A stretch of 64,000 nucleotides of DNA from Candidatus Hermodarchaeota archaeon (GTDB taxonomy: Archaea; Asgardarchaeota; Thorarchaeia; Thorarchaeales; Thorarchaeaceae), in contig JBHLLF010000001.1 of NCBI GenBank assembly GCA_048885865.1, positions 141,676 through 205,675 on the forward strand, in the 5' to 3' direction. The position numbers were made by a program, and so were the translations under genes. Shown piece by piece: positions 10,506 to 21,010 of this stretch (positions within the stretch are counted from its first letter, which is position 1; every line of letters starts with the position of its first letter). The notes under the pieces were generated by a model. The model worked only from the letters and a program-made list of their open reading frames with translations. It was not told the origin of the DNA and did no database searches.

Positions 10506-11495
10506 TTAGCTCCCCAGCAGTTGTGAGCCATATTTGAAGAGGGCTGGCGAGCCTCCAGTATGCCAGAAAATCGTGGGCTCGTCCGGAGCTATCTCCCCAC
10601 CCATGGCCATTCTAAGCAGCGCAACCCCGGCTTTAGCTGTATAGACTGGATCCAGGATGATGCCTTGAGATTTCGCAAACATCTGGATGGCACTTCGAAC
10701 TGAGTCCTCCATCTCTCCGTAGCCTTTTCCAGTGAAACGATCATCCACCTTGATGTCAGGCTTGAACTTGTCTGTTAGTGCAGGGTAAGCGTCAAACATC
10801 CTGTCAATCATTTCACCGACCTTTTCTTTGGTGGTCTTTGCATCGCGTAGCACACTGATTCCTATGACGTCGGCATCGAACTCCGCCAGTTTCGCACCTA
10901 TTATCATTCCCGCCAGAGTTCCTCCGGTACCAACAGGGTGGAGTATCTTCTTTGGCTCTATGCCAATCTCGTCACATTGTTCCCTCAATTCCATCATTGC
11001 CTGAACATATGCTATGCAGCCCACAGGCATGAATGCGCCAGCTGGTATGCCATAGGGCCTTAGACCCAAATCTCTGAGCGTCTCAATGATCGAGTCCATT
11101 CTTTGGGAAACCTGGTCGAAGTCATCTTCTGGGAAGAACTGAATCTCTGCTCCAAACAGCCTGTCTAGAAGCACATTACCAGTGTAATCTTCTGGTTCAG
11201 ATCCTGCTAGTAGCAAAATGCACCTCAGTCCATTTTGAGCTGCTGCAGCGGCAGTCTGTCGGCAGTGGTTGCTTTGAACAGCTCCAACTGTGACAAGAGT
11301 ATCCGCCTCTTGCTGAAGGGCATCTCCTATCACGTACTCGAGTTTGCGTGTCTTGTTGCCGCCAAATGAAATGCCAGTGAGGTCATCTCTCTTGATCCAG
11401 AGTGATTTCATGTCCAAGGAATATGCAAGGTTCTTCATTTCCTGAAGGGGCGTTGGAAGATTAGCTAGTTTCACTCTTGGAAGGATATCAAGCAT
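10506..11495 (-). CDS. D-cysteine desulfhydrase / ACC deaminase family PLP enzyme
   Basis: IKRDDLTG, GGNKTRKLEY, QSNHCR, LDPVYTAK, FWHTGG. Confidence 0.92.
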   Translation of the reverse strand: MLDILPRVKLANLPTPLQEMKNLAYSLDMKSLWIKRDDLTGISFGGNKTRKLEYVIGDALQQEADTLVTVGAVQSNHCRQTAAAAAQNGLRCILLLAGSEPEDYTGNVLLDRLFGAEIQFFPEDDFDQVSQRMDSIIETLRDLGLRPYGIPAGAFMPVGCIAYVQAMMELREQCDEIGIEPKKILHPVGTGGTLAGMIIGAKLAEFDADVIGISVLRDAKTTKEKVGEMIDRMFDAYPALTDKFKPDIKVDDRFTGKGYGEMEDSVRSAIQMFAKSQGIILDPVYTAKAGVALLRMAMGGEIAPDEPTIFWHTGGSPALFKYGSQLLGS

Positions 11496-11497
11496 GG

Positions 11498-12145
11498 CTA
11501 ATGCCCCGCTCCTGTGAAGGCTGCGATGATGTACAAGAGAATTGCAGTAGCGATTCCTGCGAGAAGTGTCTTTGCTCCATAGATCCAGATGTTCTTCCTG
11601 GATATTGTTCCCAAGAATAAGCCGAGAGCAAAGAGAAGTCCCATGCAGATGATAATCGCAATATAAAACGCCAGAGAAACACTGAGTAATCCTGATGGCA
11701 CCAATAGCAATGGAGTGATGATAATGAATGCGGCAACCGAAGGGGCGAGTCCATCAACTAATGCGACAACTGCAGATGTTGTGCGTGTTGCCTTGGCGTA
11801 CATTGTGTTGCTCATGTCCGAGAGCATTGCCTTGCCTATTTCCTCAACCTCGCGGTCTCTCTCTGCACTTTCCGCAAGATAAGATCCACTGAATCCTGAG
11901 ACCGCCATCGCGACACTAGTACCAACCGCTGCGAGGAGAAGAGCGTCGAACACCACCTCTGGATTGGTGGTCTGCATAGTGATGAGACCGCCAAAAATCA
12001 GTCCAAGCATGGTGAGCGCGCCGTCAAACGCGTTCATCGCAAGGTAACGGCGGGCTATTTCAACACCTTGTGTGAGTTCCAGTGCCCTCATAGTCCTCTC
12101 AATTAGTCCAGGGCCCTTTTGCAGGTCATCTTCTGGTTCTGTCAC
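11498..12145 (-). CDS. VIT1/CCC1-like membrane protein
   Basis: NAFDGALTMLG, SMAVSGFSGSYLAESAE, about 5 TM segments. Confidence 0.75.
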   Translation of the reverse strand: MTEPEDDLQKGPGLIERTMRALELTQGVEIARRYLAMNAFDGALTMLGLIFGGLITMQTTNPEVVFDALLLAAVGTSVAMAVSGFSGSYLAESAERDREVEEIGKAMLSDMSNTMYAKATRTTSAVVALVDGLAPSVAAFIIITPLLLVPSGLLSVSLAFYIAIIICMGLLFALGLFLGTISRKNIWIYGAKTLLAGIATAILLYIIAAFTGAGH

Positions 12146-12264
12146 AGATACTTAGCTCCGTGAATCATGTCCAGCCTAGCAGGTTTCCCTACATGATATA
12201 AGCTATCCGGAATCACAGATTTCTCTTGATGCATGATTGCTGACGATATGGCTCTATGATTCTA

Positions 12265-12447
12265 CTAGTATAGCCAGAGCACCTCTGCGAATAGAATCAG
12301 GAAAATAAGTATCGCAATCAGGATGATTGCACATATCACCTGAACTGAACATGTGCAGCATCTTTCACAGCAGCCCTCTTGCTGCCGTGGTTCTCGAGGA
12401 CTTGGTGTGTAGTCATCTGGCATCGGGATCTCTGTCATAGGAACCAC
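12265..12447 (-). CDS. Small tail-anchored membrane protein with Cys-rich juxtamembrane segment
   Basis: Pro-rich N-terminus, GCCERCCTC, then about 22 hydrophobic residues; fills the intergenic gap. Confidence 0.6.
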   Translation of the reverse strand: MVPMTEIPMPDDYTPSPREPRQQEGCCERCCTCSVQVICAIILIAILIFLILFAEVLWLY

Positions 12448-12558
12448 ACTAGCTTCAAAGTGCTTCTTTCAAAGCCTGCTATCTGTGATGACTATCCTTC
12501 TTATGAGGATTACGTGGTTGTCTACACACACAGCCGCAAAGGTTGAAAAGCGAAGAAG

Positions 12559-14097
12559 GTGAATTTATGGCGAAGCGCGTGGAGGCTAGGAGAATTGTCG
12601 GAGAACGAAAAACCAACCACCATTTTCGATAGACCATTTGGCCTGCGGATTATCGGGCTGACTCAGATGGCTTTTGGAGTATTTGGCCTGCTTGCAGCAG
12701 TAGGTATCCTAGTTGCCTCCTTTGGAGCAACTCCAGCATTTGCTTCAGAGGGACCCTTGTATGCTCTGGTCATTTTCGTTGGAGTTGCCCTACCTTGCTT
12801 GATTATAGGAAATTATGTTGACGATCTCAGAAGAAACGCAGTGATTGCTCAAGCACTCTATAGCATCATCGCAGTTGGCTTGACAACCTACTTTTTGCTG
12901 AATTGGGGAGTCGCATACAGTTGGACTGTGCCTTGGTTTGAACTCAGTTTCAACATACAGATAGGGAATATTGCAGTCTTTGTCTTGGCGACTCAGGCGG
13001 CCTTTCTGTTTTACATGCTTATCTATTGGAACCGAATTGCACCTCCACCGGGGACTTTTGTCGTTAGAGACCGTAGACGAGCGCGCCTCATTGAAGAAGG
13101 ATTGATGGCTGTTCCACTCACACCTTCACTACTAAGCTCAGATGGGTCTGTATTGTCTCAGGATGAGGCTCGAAAAATCCTTGACGTTCGAAAAGTCACT
13201 ACCACTGAGGGGATGGCGATTCTTTGCTCAAATTGTGATGGAGCAACACCTCTGACCAAGATGGTGGATGATAACACAGTAGATTGTGATTACTGTGGAG
13301 TCACTCTTGCTGTAAGTAGTGTCTTCGTTCCATGTGAAGAACATCCAGAGTATCTCGCGGCTACAAACTGTGCCGTTTGTGGGGAGCATTTCTGCCGAAG
13401 GTGTCTAACTGCACAGGATCCTCCCATTGATAGGCGTTGGAAAGGCTCCACTGTCTATCTCTGCAGAAATTGCTTTGAGGGCAGATATCGTCCAGCTGTC
13501 ACAACCACTTCACTTGTCTTGCCAATTGAAGACTTATTTGGTCAGGCTGGGGGACGATTCTCAAAAGTAGGTGGAATGTATCGACGGTTTCTGGGAGCTT
13601 ATGGAAGCGCAATGGCAAAGGTATTCAGAGCCTCAGTCCATATCTTCTCTTCAATGGACTGGTCCAGCGGCGCGAGCTCCAGCGGCAGTAGCTGCGGCGG
13701 CGGCGGAGGAGGGGGTGGTGGAGGAGGCGGCGATGAATGCTGTGGAGCAATTCTAGTGATCATCATTATTATCATAGCAATTCCTATCCTAGTTGGCCTA
13801 GTGATGCTTCTTGGAGCGATAGTCATTGTTCCAGTTCTCTTCTATGCGGGACTCATTGGAGTGACAATAGAAGCAATCAGAATCATCAGAAAGACGGATT
13901 TTATGTCATTAGAGCAAGCACGGGAGAAGGGCTTGCTTGAGGGTCGCAAGGTCGAAGTCGAGAAGACTCCTCTTCGTAATGAAAGCCGGCCTTGGATGGA
14001 TGACCGCAGAGTCAGAGATACTGAGAGGCAGTATCAAAGAGATAGAGCTCGGGAGAGGAAAGAGGTCCCTGCCGACTCGTTCTGGAGGAGATACTGA
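12559..14097 (+). CDS. Membrane protein with zinc ribbon, B-box-type zinc finger and poly-Gly linker
   Basis: 4 N-terminal TM; CSNC..CDYC; CEEH-x7-CAVC-x4-CRRC; Gly run followed by CC and a hydrophobic hairpin; start uncertain. Confidence 0.7.
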   Translation: MNLWRSAWRLGELSENEKPTTIFDRPFGLRIIGLTQMAFGVFGLLAAVGILVASFGATPAFASEGPLYALVIFVGVALPCLIIGNYVDDLRRNAVIAQALYSIIAVGLTTYFLLNWGVAYSWTVPWFELSFNIQIGNIAVFVLATQAAFLFYMLIYWNRIAPPPGTFVVRDRRRARLIEEGLMAVPLTPSLLSSDGSVLSQDEARKILDVRKVTTTEGMAILCSNCDGATPLTKMVDDNTVDCDYCGVTLAVSSVFVPCEEHPEYLAATNCAVCGEHFCRRCLTAQDPPIDRRWKGSTVYLCRNCFEGRYRPAVTTTSLVLPIEDLFGQAGGRFSKVGGMYRRFLGAYGSAMAKVFRASVHIFSSMDWSSGASSSGSSCGGGGGGGGGGGGDECCGAILVIIIIIIAIPILVGLVMLLGAIVIVPVLFYAGLIGVTIEAIRIIRKTDFMSLEQAREKGLLEGRKVEVEKTPLRNESRPWMDDRRVRDTERQYQRDRARERKEVPADSFWRRY

Positions 14098-14921
14098 TGG
14101 CCTATCATACAGAGAACATTCTATGTCCTGTTTGTGGAGGACAAATCGGTGTCGAATACACAGACAAAGTCAATCGTTGTGAGTACTGTGCCAGCTCGGT
14201 CCTAGGACCAGGTCAAAGCAGAAACTGCGTCAACCACTCAGATATCTTAGCAAAGGCATCTTGTAATGTATGCGGTGATCTCATCTGCGAAGAGTGCATG
14301 CAAACTAGGATTGGAGATTATGGAGGGAAGCTTCTGACCATCGTGCATTGTAACAAGGATACTTGTATTGCAGAAAGTGATTGGGCAAAGCCCCTCAATA
14401 GAGAGTTTCAGGAATTGACTAACTTCGATTGGTCTGATAATAAGGACAACATTATCCTTAGAGTCGTTGGATTGGGTGCAATCCTAATGATGCTGTTCGA
14501 GCTCTTCTTCATTCTGGCAATGCTGTGGATTCAATACTATGATCCTTGGGGACAGTCAGTTCCTTCACCGATTCCATTTCTTTTTGTGCGGGGAGATACC
14601 ATCGTTATTCTAAATATCATCGGAAATGCATTGTCTGCCGTCATACTTCAAACGGCCCTGCAGATTTACATTCATGAAAGACAACTAGGCTCAGGTGTGT
14701 TCTTGCTTGGATTTCTACTCCTCGAGGCGGCATTTCTTCTTGCTAGAGGACTCTACTTCAATCTATTAGCTTACCCAGGAACTTGGCTTGTTCCATTCCT
14801 GCTTGGAGCATTTGGAATCGCCACACTGATGATATTCTTTGGCTCCTTAGCAGGTATCTATGTGGGATGGAAGAAACACAGCCAGATAGCGGATGCAAAG
14901 ATAAGACTAGGTCTTGAGTGA
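14097..14921 (+). CDS. Zinc ribbon / B-box zinc finger membrane protein
   Basis: CPVC..CEYC; CVNH-x7-CNVC-x4-CEEC; 4 C-terminal TM; TGATG coupling with the upstream gene. Confidence 0.7.
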   Translation: MAYHTENILCPVCGGQIGVEYTDKVNRCEYCASSVLGPGQSRNCVNHSDILAKASCNVCGDLICEECMQTRIGDYGGKLLTIVHCNKDTCIAESDWAKPLNREFQELTNFDWSDNKDNIILRVVGLGAILMMLFELFFILAMLWIQYYDPWGQSVPSPIPFLFVRGDTIVILNIIGNALSAVILQTALQIYIHERQLGSGVFLLGFLLLEAAFLLARGLYFNLLAYPGTWLVPFLLGAFGIATLMIFFGSLAGIYVGWKKHSQIADAKIRLGLE

Positions 14922-14949
14922 GAAGTGAGTTTTGCTTAACTCATTTTCC

Positions 14950-16698
14950 TCATTCTTTCGGCGTATCAAACAGGTCGATGAATCTGAACCTATCAACATC
15001 AACCAAGCCCCTATCAGTTATCTTGAGTTTTGGTATCACAGGCAAAGAGAGGAAAGCCATGGTCATGAAAGGCTCACTAAGTGTACTTCCGATGGTCTTT
15101 GCGGCATCTTTTAGTTCCTGTATCTTCTCACTGACTACTTCTATTGTCTGATCTGACATTAGACCTGCAATAGGAAGTGGCAATGAAGCAATGACCTTCT
15201 CATCTCTCACTATCGCCAATCCGCCTTGCATTCGGACAATCTGAACTGCAGCTGCGATTAGGTCTCTGTCGTTGGTTGCTACCGCAACTATGTTGTGACT
15301 ATCATGAGCAATGGAACTGACCATAGCTCCTTCCTTTAGACCAAGACCTTTCACAAATCCTATGCCAGTCACATCAGATGCATTGTGCCTTTCAATGATT
15401 GCAATCTTTGAAATGTCTCTGTCCACATCCGGAATTGCCAGCCCGTCCTCAATCCTAGTTTCCTCAACAAGATGTTTAGTGATAATCTGATCAGGTATAA
15501 TTCCTATGACATTCATCTTATCGCCCCGGGCCTTGACCTGGAAATCTTCTGGATCTAGCCATGTTATGTTGACCGATCTTCGGAGCCTTGGCGGTTCGTG
15601 CTCTCCAATATCCCAAATCAGCTTCCCTTTGGATGCAACCACTGCACCATTCTTGTAAACGCTATGGACGTTGATATCCTTCAGATTATCAAGTACTGCA
15701 ATGTCAGCATGATAGCCGGGTGCAATGGCTCCTCTATACTGGAGACCGTAGTGCAGAGCTGTCGATATAGTGGCTACTCGAATGGCTTGGACTGGATCCA
15801 CACCATAGGATACTGCATCACGAATCAGACTGTCAATATGCCCCCTTTCAAGTAAATCCAATGTGTTGCGGTCATCAGTCACAAAACTGCAGAGCAAGGA
15901 GGTGTGCGGCTGGATGAGCAGTGCAAGGTCCTTGAGGTTCTTTGCAGTCGATCCCTCCCTGATATGAATGTGCATCCCCACGGCAAGCTTGGCTTCTGCT
16001 TCCTCTAATGTGTAACACTCATGTTCAGATGTAATCCTAGCAGCAGCATACGCGTTCAGTTCCATTCCTGCAAGGTCAGGAGCATGACCATCAATTCTCT
16101 TTCCTGTTGCCAGTGTCACTCTGATCTTCTCAAGAATGTCGGGATCTCTATAAACAACTCCGGGATAGTTCATAGCTTCTGCGAGTCCCAAAACATAGTG
16201 CTCTGAAAGGAGTGGTTTGATGTCTAAGAAATCTAGGGCTACCCCATTTGTTTCCAAATCGGTTGATGGCACACATGATGGGAGCATGATGTAAAACTCA
16301 AGTGGTCCTCCTCTCATGGACTTGGACATGTACATGATTCCCTCGAGTCCTAACACATTTGCGATTTCATGAGGGTCGGCAACAACCGCCCCTGTCCCAT
16401 GGGGCACCACTGCTCTCGCATATTGGAGGGGCATGACCATGGATGACTCAATGTGCACATGGGCATCGAAGAACGAAGGAACAATGTACTTGCCCTTGAG
16501 ATCAACGGTATTGCTGCCAACATACTTTCCAATTCCTGCGATGTAGCCTTGGTGAATCGCAACATCTCCCTCGATTATATCTCCGGAAAAGACGTTGACC
16601 ACTGAAGCATTTTTCAGGACGAGATCAGATCGAGTTCTTCCAGCGGCAACATCAATCATCTGGTCAAGGGGGTAGGTATCGGTTTGCGGTGTAGCCAA
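14950..16698 (-). CDS. ade: Adenine deaminase
   Basis: DAHVHIESSM, DPHEIANV, EAMNYPG, DGHAP, IREGS, AHDSHN. Confidence 0.95.
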   Translation of the reverse strand: MATPQTDTYPLDQMIDVAAGRTRSDLVLKNASVVNVFSGDIIEGDVAIHQGYIAGIGKYVGSNTVDLKGKYIVPSFFDAHVHIESSMVMPLQYARAVVPHGTGAVVADPHEIANVLGLEGIMYMSKSMRGGPLEFYIMLPSCVPSTDLETNGVALDFLDIKPLLSEHYVLGLAEAMNYPGVVYRDPDILEKIRVTLATGKRIDGHAPDLAGMELNAYAAARITSEHECYTLEEAEAKLAVGMHIHIREGSTAKNLKDLALLIQPHTSLLCSFVTDDRNTLDLLERGHIDSLIRDAVSYGVDPVQAIRVATISTALHYGLQYRGAIAPGYHADIAVLDNLKDINVHSVYKNGAVVASKGKLIWDIGEHEPPRLRRSVNITWLDPEDFQVKARGDKMNVIGIIPDQIITKHLVEETRIEDGLAIPDVDRDISKIAIIERHNASDVTGIGFVKGLGLKEGAMVSSIAHDSHNIVAVATNDRDLIAAAVQIVRMQGGLAIVRDEKVIASLPLPIAGLMSDQTIEVVSEKIQELKDAAKTIGSTLSEPFMTMAFLSLPVIPKLKITDRGLVDVDRFRFIDLFDTPKE

Positions 16699-17006
16699 TC
16701 CTCTTCACTCCTTTAGTTTCTCTACTCAGACAGACAACAAGAAAGGGTTTCCGGTGTCATCATATTATGCATGGTTTTTTCCATATGCACCTGACCCGAG
16801 TCAAGGTTAACTTGTTAAACCTCACTCCTTGCTCTCCTCTAGGCTTCACTTGGATACAGCTGCAGCGGTCATACCCATTTTCTGAGTCAGAAAAGTCACC
16901 CTTCAAATGCCTCGAAATTTCAGGTTCATATACTCAGAAACTGAATATGGACGTCAATAGAGAATAATGCTTGTTTAGACAAAGCAGCAGAATTGCATAA
17001 CTGGTG

Positions 17007-17771
17007 TTAATCCTTCTTTACGCCAACAACGATCAGCCTTCTAGCTGTGTTATCATATACGCCCCCATCAAGTCCACCATAGGCACGCACATCTACGAAA
17101 CCCACTGATCTAAGTAATGACTTCAGCTCTGTGGCTGAGTAGATATAGTGAGTGACAATCCATTCATGTCTTGTCCCGTCCTGTGTAATCAATATCCAAG
17201 TGTTGTGAAACTTCCCCCAATCATCAACGGGTTTTCTTCGTTCAAGATAGATGCCATACTCCCCTTCGCTCCAGTCCGCTTCTTTGTATATTCTTGCTAG
17301 AATTTCCTTCCCCATTACATCAATGATGAGACGACCGCCAGGTCTGAGAGATTTGTATACATTATCCAGCACAATCATCTGCTGACTATCGTCATCGAAG
17401 TATCCAAACGAAGTGAACATACTCAAGACAACATCAAAGCTTTTCTCTCGCACAAACTCTCTCATGTCCATCAGCACAAACTCAGTTGAGAGGCCTTCAT
17501 TCTTTGCTGTGCCCTTGGCTATCTCTAGGTAGGACTTGGTTCTATCAACACCAGTGACCTTGTATCCTCTTCTTGCGAATTCATTTGAATGCCGGCCGAT
17601 TCCGCAACACAAGTCCAAGATTTCATCTTCAGTTGACATCTCTAATAGCTCGATGATCTTGTCTACTTCTTCGATGGTCATCTCAATCCTCTGTTCACTG
17701 AACATGACCCGCCCAAATCTTTCCCACAGTTCATCCCTTTCATACCAGGGTGTCTTATCATCAGCTGGCAT
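17007..17771 (-). CDS. Class I SAM-dependent methyltransferase
   Basis: ILDLCCGIGRH, FDVVLSMFTSFGY, LRPGG; start moved to MPADDK. Confidence 0.9.
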   Translation of the reverse strand: MPADDKTPWYERDELWERFGRVMFSEQRIEMTIEEVDKIIELLEMSTEDEILDLCCGIGRHSNEFARRGYKVTGVDRTKSYLEIAKGTAKNEGLSTEFVLMDMREFVREKSFDVVLSMFTSFGYFDDDSQQMIVLDNVYKSLRPGGRLIIDVMGKEILARIYKEADWSEGEYGIYLERRKPVDDWGKFHNTWILITQDGTRHEWIVTHYIYSATELKSLLRSVGFVDVRAYGGLDGGVYDNTARRLIVVGVKKD

Positions 17772-17933
17772 GGCGAATACCCCGATAGATAAACGGAAGA
17801 AGGTCCATTTCAACTTTCGGTCAAGAGTTGCTGTCCAATTCCATTTCGTTTGATTTTTAACTGACATCTGGCGGGGACAGATAGAGATTCAGTAGCAATA
17901 GCGACTGTATCTTTTGAGTTATGGAGACGATTA

Positions 17934-18611
17934 ATGATGACGTGGCTGGAAAGACACCCCATCAGAACGGACTCCAAGAGCATTGCCCTTTTGGCCATCT
18001 TCACTTCAATGGTCGTTGCACTTGAAGTATTCCCGATTGTTGGCGTGACCGACCTCGGACTTCCAGGCGGCTTCACAATTGATTGGACTGGAATCCCGAT
18101 TGTGATTGTCTTCTTAGGATTAGGCTTTGTCTATTCGCTTGTGGCAATAGCCGCAATGTGGATGGCAATTGCTTATCGCAATTTCAATGGTGCAGCCTTC
18201 AAGGGCTTTGCTGAACTTCACACAATAATGGGATTGCTTATCGCCAAGATTCTGATGATGCGTTTCCAATTCGACAAAAGAATTCGAATCCTTGTCTATC
18301 TAATATTCGGGACCGTCTTTAGAGTCATAGGCATGTTCTTCACGAACATCTACCTACTGCAGTTCTTCTATGGATTTACTCCTGAGGCTGCTATCTTGGG
18401 TGCGGCTGGGTATTCCCTGCCAAACGTGCTTCAAGCAATCATCAATATATTGGGTGGAGTGGTGCTTTATCACCTAATCCCCGAGTCATTGGCACTTCAG
18501 GCGGGCCTAGGGGATGACGCCGGCAGCGCGTCTTCTAGGGTTGAAGAGCTTCCGTTAGAAGAAATTGAGAGTTCTCAGTCAGATGACCCCGCGTTCGGAG
18601 GTCAGGGATGA
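17934..18611 (+). CDS. ECF transporter S-component-like membrane protein
   Basis: DSKSIALLAIFTSMVVAL N-terminus and about 6 TM segments. Confidence 0.55.
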   Translation: MMTWLERHPIRTDSKSIALLAIFTSMVVALEVFPIVGVTDLGLPGGFTIDWTGIPIVIVFLGLGFVYSLVAIAAMWMAIAYRNFNGAAFKGFAELHTIMGLLIAKILMMRFQFDKRIRILVYLIFGTVFRVIGMFFTNIYLLQFFYGFTPEAAILGAAGYSLPNVLQAIINILGGVVLYHLIPESLALQAGLGDDAGSASSRVEELPLEEIESSQSDDPAFGGQG

Positions 18612-18618
18612 ATCAGCA

Positions 18619-19374
18619 ATGAAGAATCGAGAACTCACCATAGTGCCAATTCGGGAGATTCCCCTGATTAAACCAGGGGATGACCTCCCCTCTCTTTTTG
18701 CTGAGAAGCTGAGCGGCATTCGAGAGGAGATTGAATCAGGCGATGTCCTCGTGGTATCACACACGATTGTGTCTATGGCTGAGGGACGACTCTATTTGCT
18801 TTCAGAGATTGAGGTTTCTGATAAAGCAAAGCAACTCTCATTGAAGTTGGAAAGAGAACCAGAGTATATACAGCTAGCATTGGACAATTCCGTCGAAATA
18901 ATCCGGGAAGCACCTGTATTGATTACGAGAACTGCCCAGGGACTTATTACTGACTTTTCTGGTGTCGACAAGAGCAATGCTCCACCAGGTCATGCATTGG
19001 CACTTCCCGTCGACCCGGACAATTCGGCTCAAGCGATACATCATGCCATTTCTAATGAGCTTGGGATTAGGATACCTGTAATCATTGCTGACACCCAAGG
19101 TCGACCTTGGAGGAGAGGTGCGATCAACCTGGCAATTGGCATCGCTGGCATGACACCTTTTGCTGAGAATGCCGGCAGAATGGACCGCTTTGGAAGAACG
19201 CTTAGGAGCTCCCGTGTGTGCCTTGCTGATGAACTTGCGGCAGCAGCCGAGCTTGTCATGGGCCAAACTGGAGAAGGGATTCCAGCTGCCATAATACGGG
19301 GATTGAATCTTGAAGATGAACAGGGGTCTGTTCAAGAGGTCCTTAGAAATTCCGATAGAAACCTCTTTAGTTAG
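18619..19374 (+). CDS. cofE: Coenzyme F420-0:L-glutamate ligase
   Basis: IPLIKPGDDL, SGVDKSN, IADTQGRPWRRG, DELAAAAELVMG. Confidence 0.92.
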   Translation: MKNRELTIVPIREIPLIKPGDDLPSLFAEKLSGIREEIESGDVLVVSHTIVSMAEGRLYLLSEIEVSDKAKQLSLKLEREPEYIQLALDNSVEIIREAPVLITRTAQGLITDFSGVDKSNAPPGHALALPVDPDNSAQAIHHAISNELGIRIPVIIADTQGRPWRRGAINLAIGIAGMTPFAENAGRMDRFGRTLRSSRVCLADELAAAAELVMGQTGEGIPAAIIRGLNLEDEQGSVQEVLRNSDRNLFS

Positions 19375-19378
19375 AATA

Positions 19379-19921
19379 TCAACCCATCAACAGGGCTAAG
19401 GTTTCAGCCATGTCGTTCTCACTCCAGAGACCTACATGGTACCATCTTACATACCCTTCTTTATCAATAATCACGATTGAAGGGATATACTGGACATTGA
19501 AATAACTGGTGAAGACACTCTGACTATCAAGACCATGTGGCCAAGGTAGATTCTTGTCCTCCATATAGGCTGCCATCATGGCGGCGGTTTCGTCTTTATC
19601 AACAGTGAGGGATATCAAATAGATGCTCTTGCTCATATTGTTGTATAGGGTCTTAAAATTCTCATTTTGAGTTTCGCAGGCACCGCACCAAGTTGCCATA
19701 AGATCAATGACCACAAACCGACTGCGTAACGAATGCAGAGAAATAATGCTCTCATTAGACAACATGAGATTCCAGTCAGGCAATTGTATTCCCCTACTCT
19801 TTAGGTCAACATCCTCTTCGATGCTGCCTTCATCAAATGTGAGGAACGTAAAACCAACAGCGAATCCAATAACAACAATGGACGCAACAGCTATGACTAC
19901 AAGTGCCTTCTCTGCTTGCAT
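19379..19921 (-). CDS. Membrane-anchored TlpA/redoxin family thiol-disulfide oxidoreductase
   Basis: N-terminal TM, ATWCGAC, YIPSIVIIDKEG. Confidence 0.88.
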   Translation of the reverse strand: MQAEKALVVIAVASIVVIGFAVGFTFLTFDEGSIEEDVDLKSRGIQLPDWNLMLSNESIISLHSLRSRFVVIDLMATWCGACETQNENFKTLYNNMSKSIYLISLTVDKDETAAMMAAYMEDKNLPWPHGLDSQSVFTSYFNVQYIPSIVIIDKEGYVRWYHVGLWSENDMAETLALLMG

Positions 19922-20053
19922 TTTGCAACCTCAACAGAGCTCGGATGTGCATACATATCGCACACCGCTAATAAGAATTGGGAAGTGGACAAAGTCTTGA
20001 AGGTGGAAGTGCACGCCACAGATATCCTTAGATATTCTAGAACTCATCTCGTC

Positions 20054-21010
20054 ATGAGCAAAATGGCTGAAGGAAAAGGAAGGTTCATACCTGCATTCAT
20101 TTTCACTATTGCTGGGATTGCTGCAGCCGTATACGCGGTTGTCAGGGTCACTGGGATAATCGGTGGTCCATTGGCATCAACTGACCTCGTTCGACAGATA
20201 GACGGTGGATTTGCTATCGATACGATTACTGTCATGGCTATTGTGCTCCCGATCTATTTGATAGAGTTCATCTTGCTCTCTGTTCCATTTGCTGCCATCA
20301 TGATGCTTATGAACAGGCTCTATCGGGCGAAATCCTACACCCAGAGTGTAATAGCCGTTGGAATTAGATTCGGAGCCATGCGCATCATTCGAAGAGCTTT
20401 AGTGCCTTCACTATTTGCATTGTCATTCAGCGAAATCATGATTCAAATATTCCCTGATACAATCTTGGCCGTTCCCGTATATCCTGCGGAAGTTGCCTAT
20501 ACTGGTGTAGTACGCCTAACTGAACCACTAATCTGGCTCCTAGGAGCTCTGATTGCTGTGGTAATTGCGGTTCCGTTGTATTCACCAACATGGATTCTCA
20601 ATGACTCTGGTATTGTGACTCATTTGAAGAAGAATGAATTAGAGATGAGGAGATGCCCAGATACGGAGGGCGTGGGCAAATGGTTCGGCCAGTATCTAAC
20701 CGGATTTGCGATTCTCTCCTACCCGGTTGCGATTGCTAGCAAGTTCATTATAGTTCTGCCGCGACTCATCCTTGAACGTGGCGGCATAATAGGTTGGGAT
20801 TATATCATTGAAAGTCTTGTCTGGATAGCTGGTCTGCCTCTTATCGTGATGGCATTCATTCTGCCTGTGATTATTGTGAACGAATTCGCTCTCCCCAAAA
20901 CATCATCCATTATACAAAGGGCTGCACGAAGGTTCGGTGCAGAAGACCTTAGACATGTGGACGTAGAGCCGTTTCTAAATCGGGATGAAACTGGGTATTC
21001 AGTGCAGTAG
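20054..21010 (+). CDS. Hypothetical multi-pass membrane protein
   Basis: About 6 hydrophobic segments; start moved to MSKMAEG. Confidence 0.65.
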   Translation: MSKMAEGKGRFIPAFIFTIAGIAAAVYAVVRVTGIIGGPLASTDLVRQIDGGFAIDTITVMAIVLPIYLIEFILLSVPFAAIMMLMNRLYRAKSYTQSVIAVGIRFGAMRIIRRALVPSLFALSFSEIMIQIFPDTILAVPVYPAEVAYTGVVRLTEPLIWLLGALIAVVIAVPLYSPTWILNDSGIVTHLKKNELEMRRCPDTEGVGKWFGQYLTGFAILSYPVAIASKFIIVLPRLILERGGIIGWDYIIESLVWIAGLPLIVMAFILPVIIVNEFALPKTSSIIQRAARRFGAEDLRHVDVEPFLNRDETGYSVQ

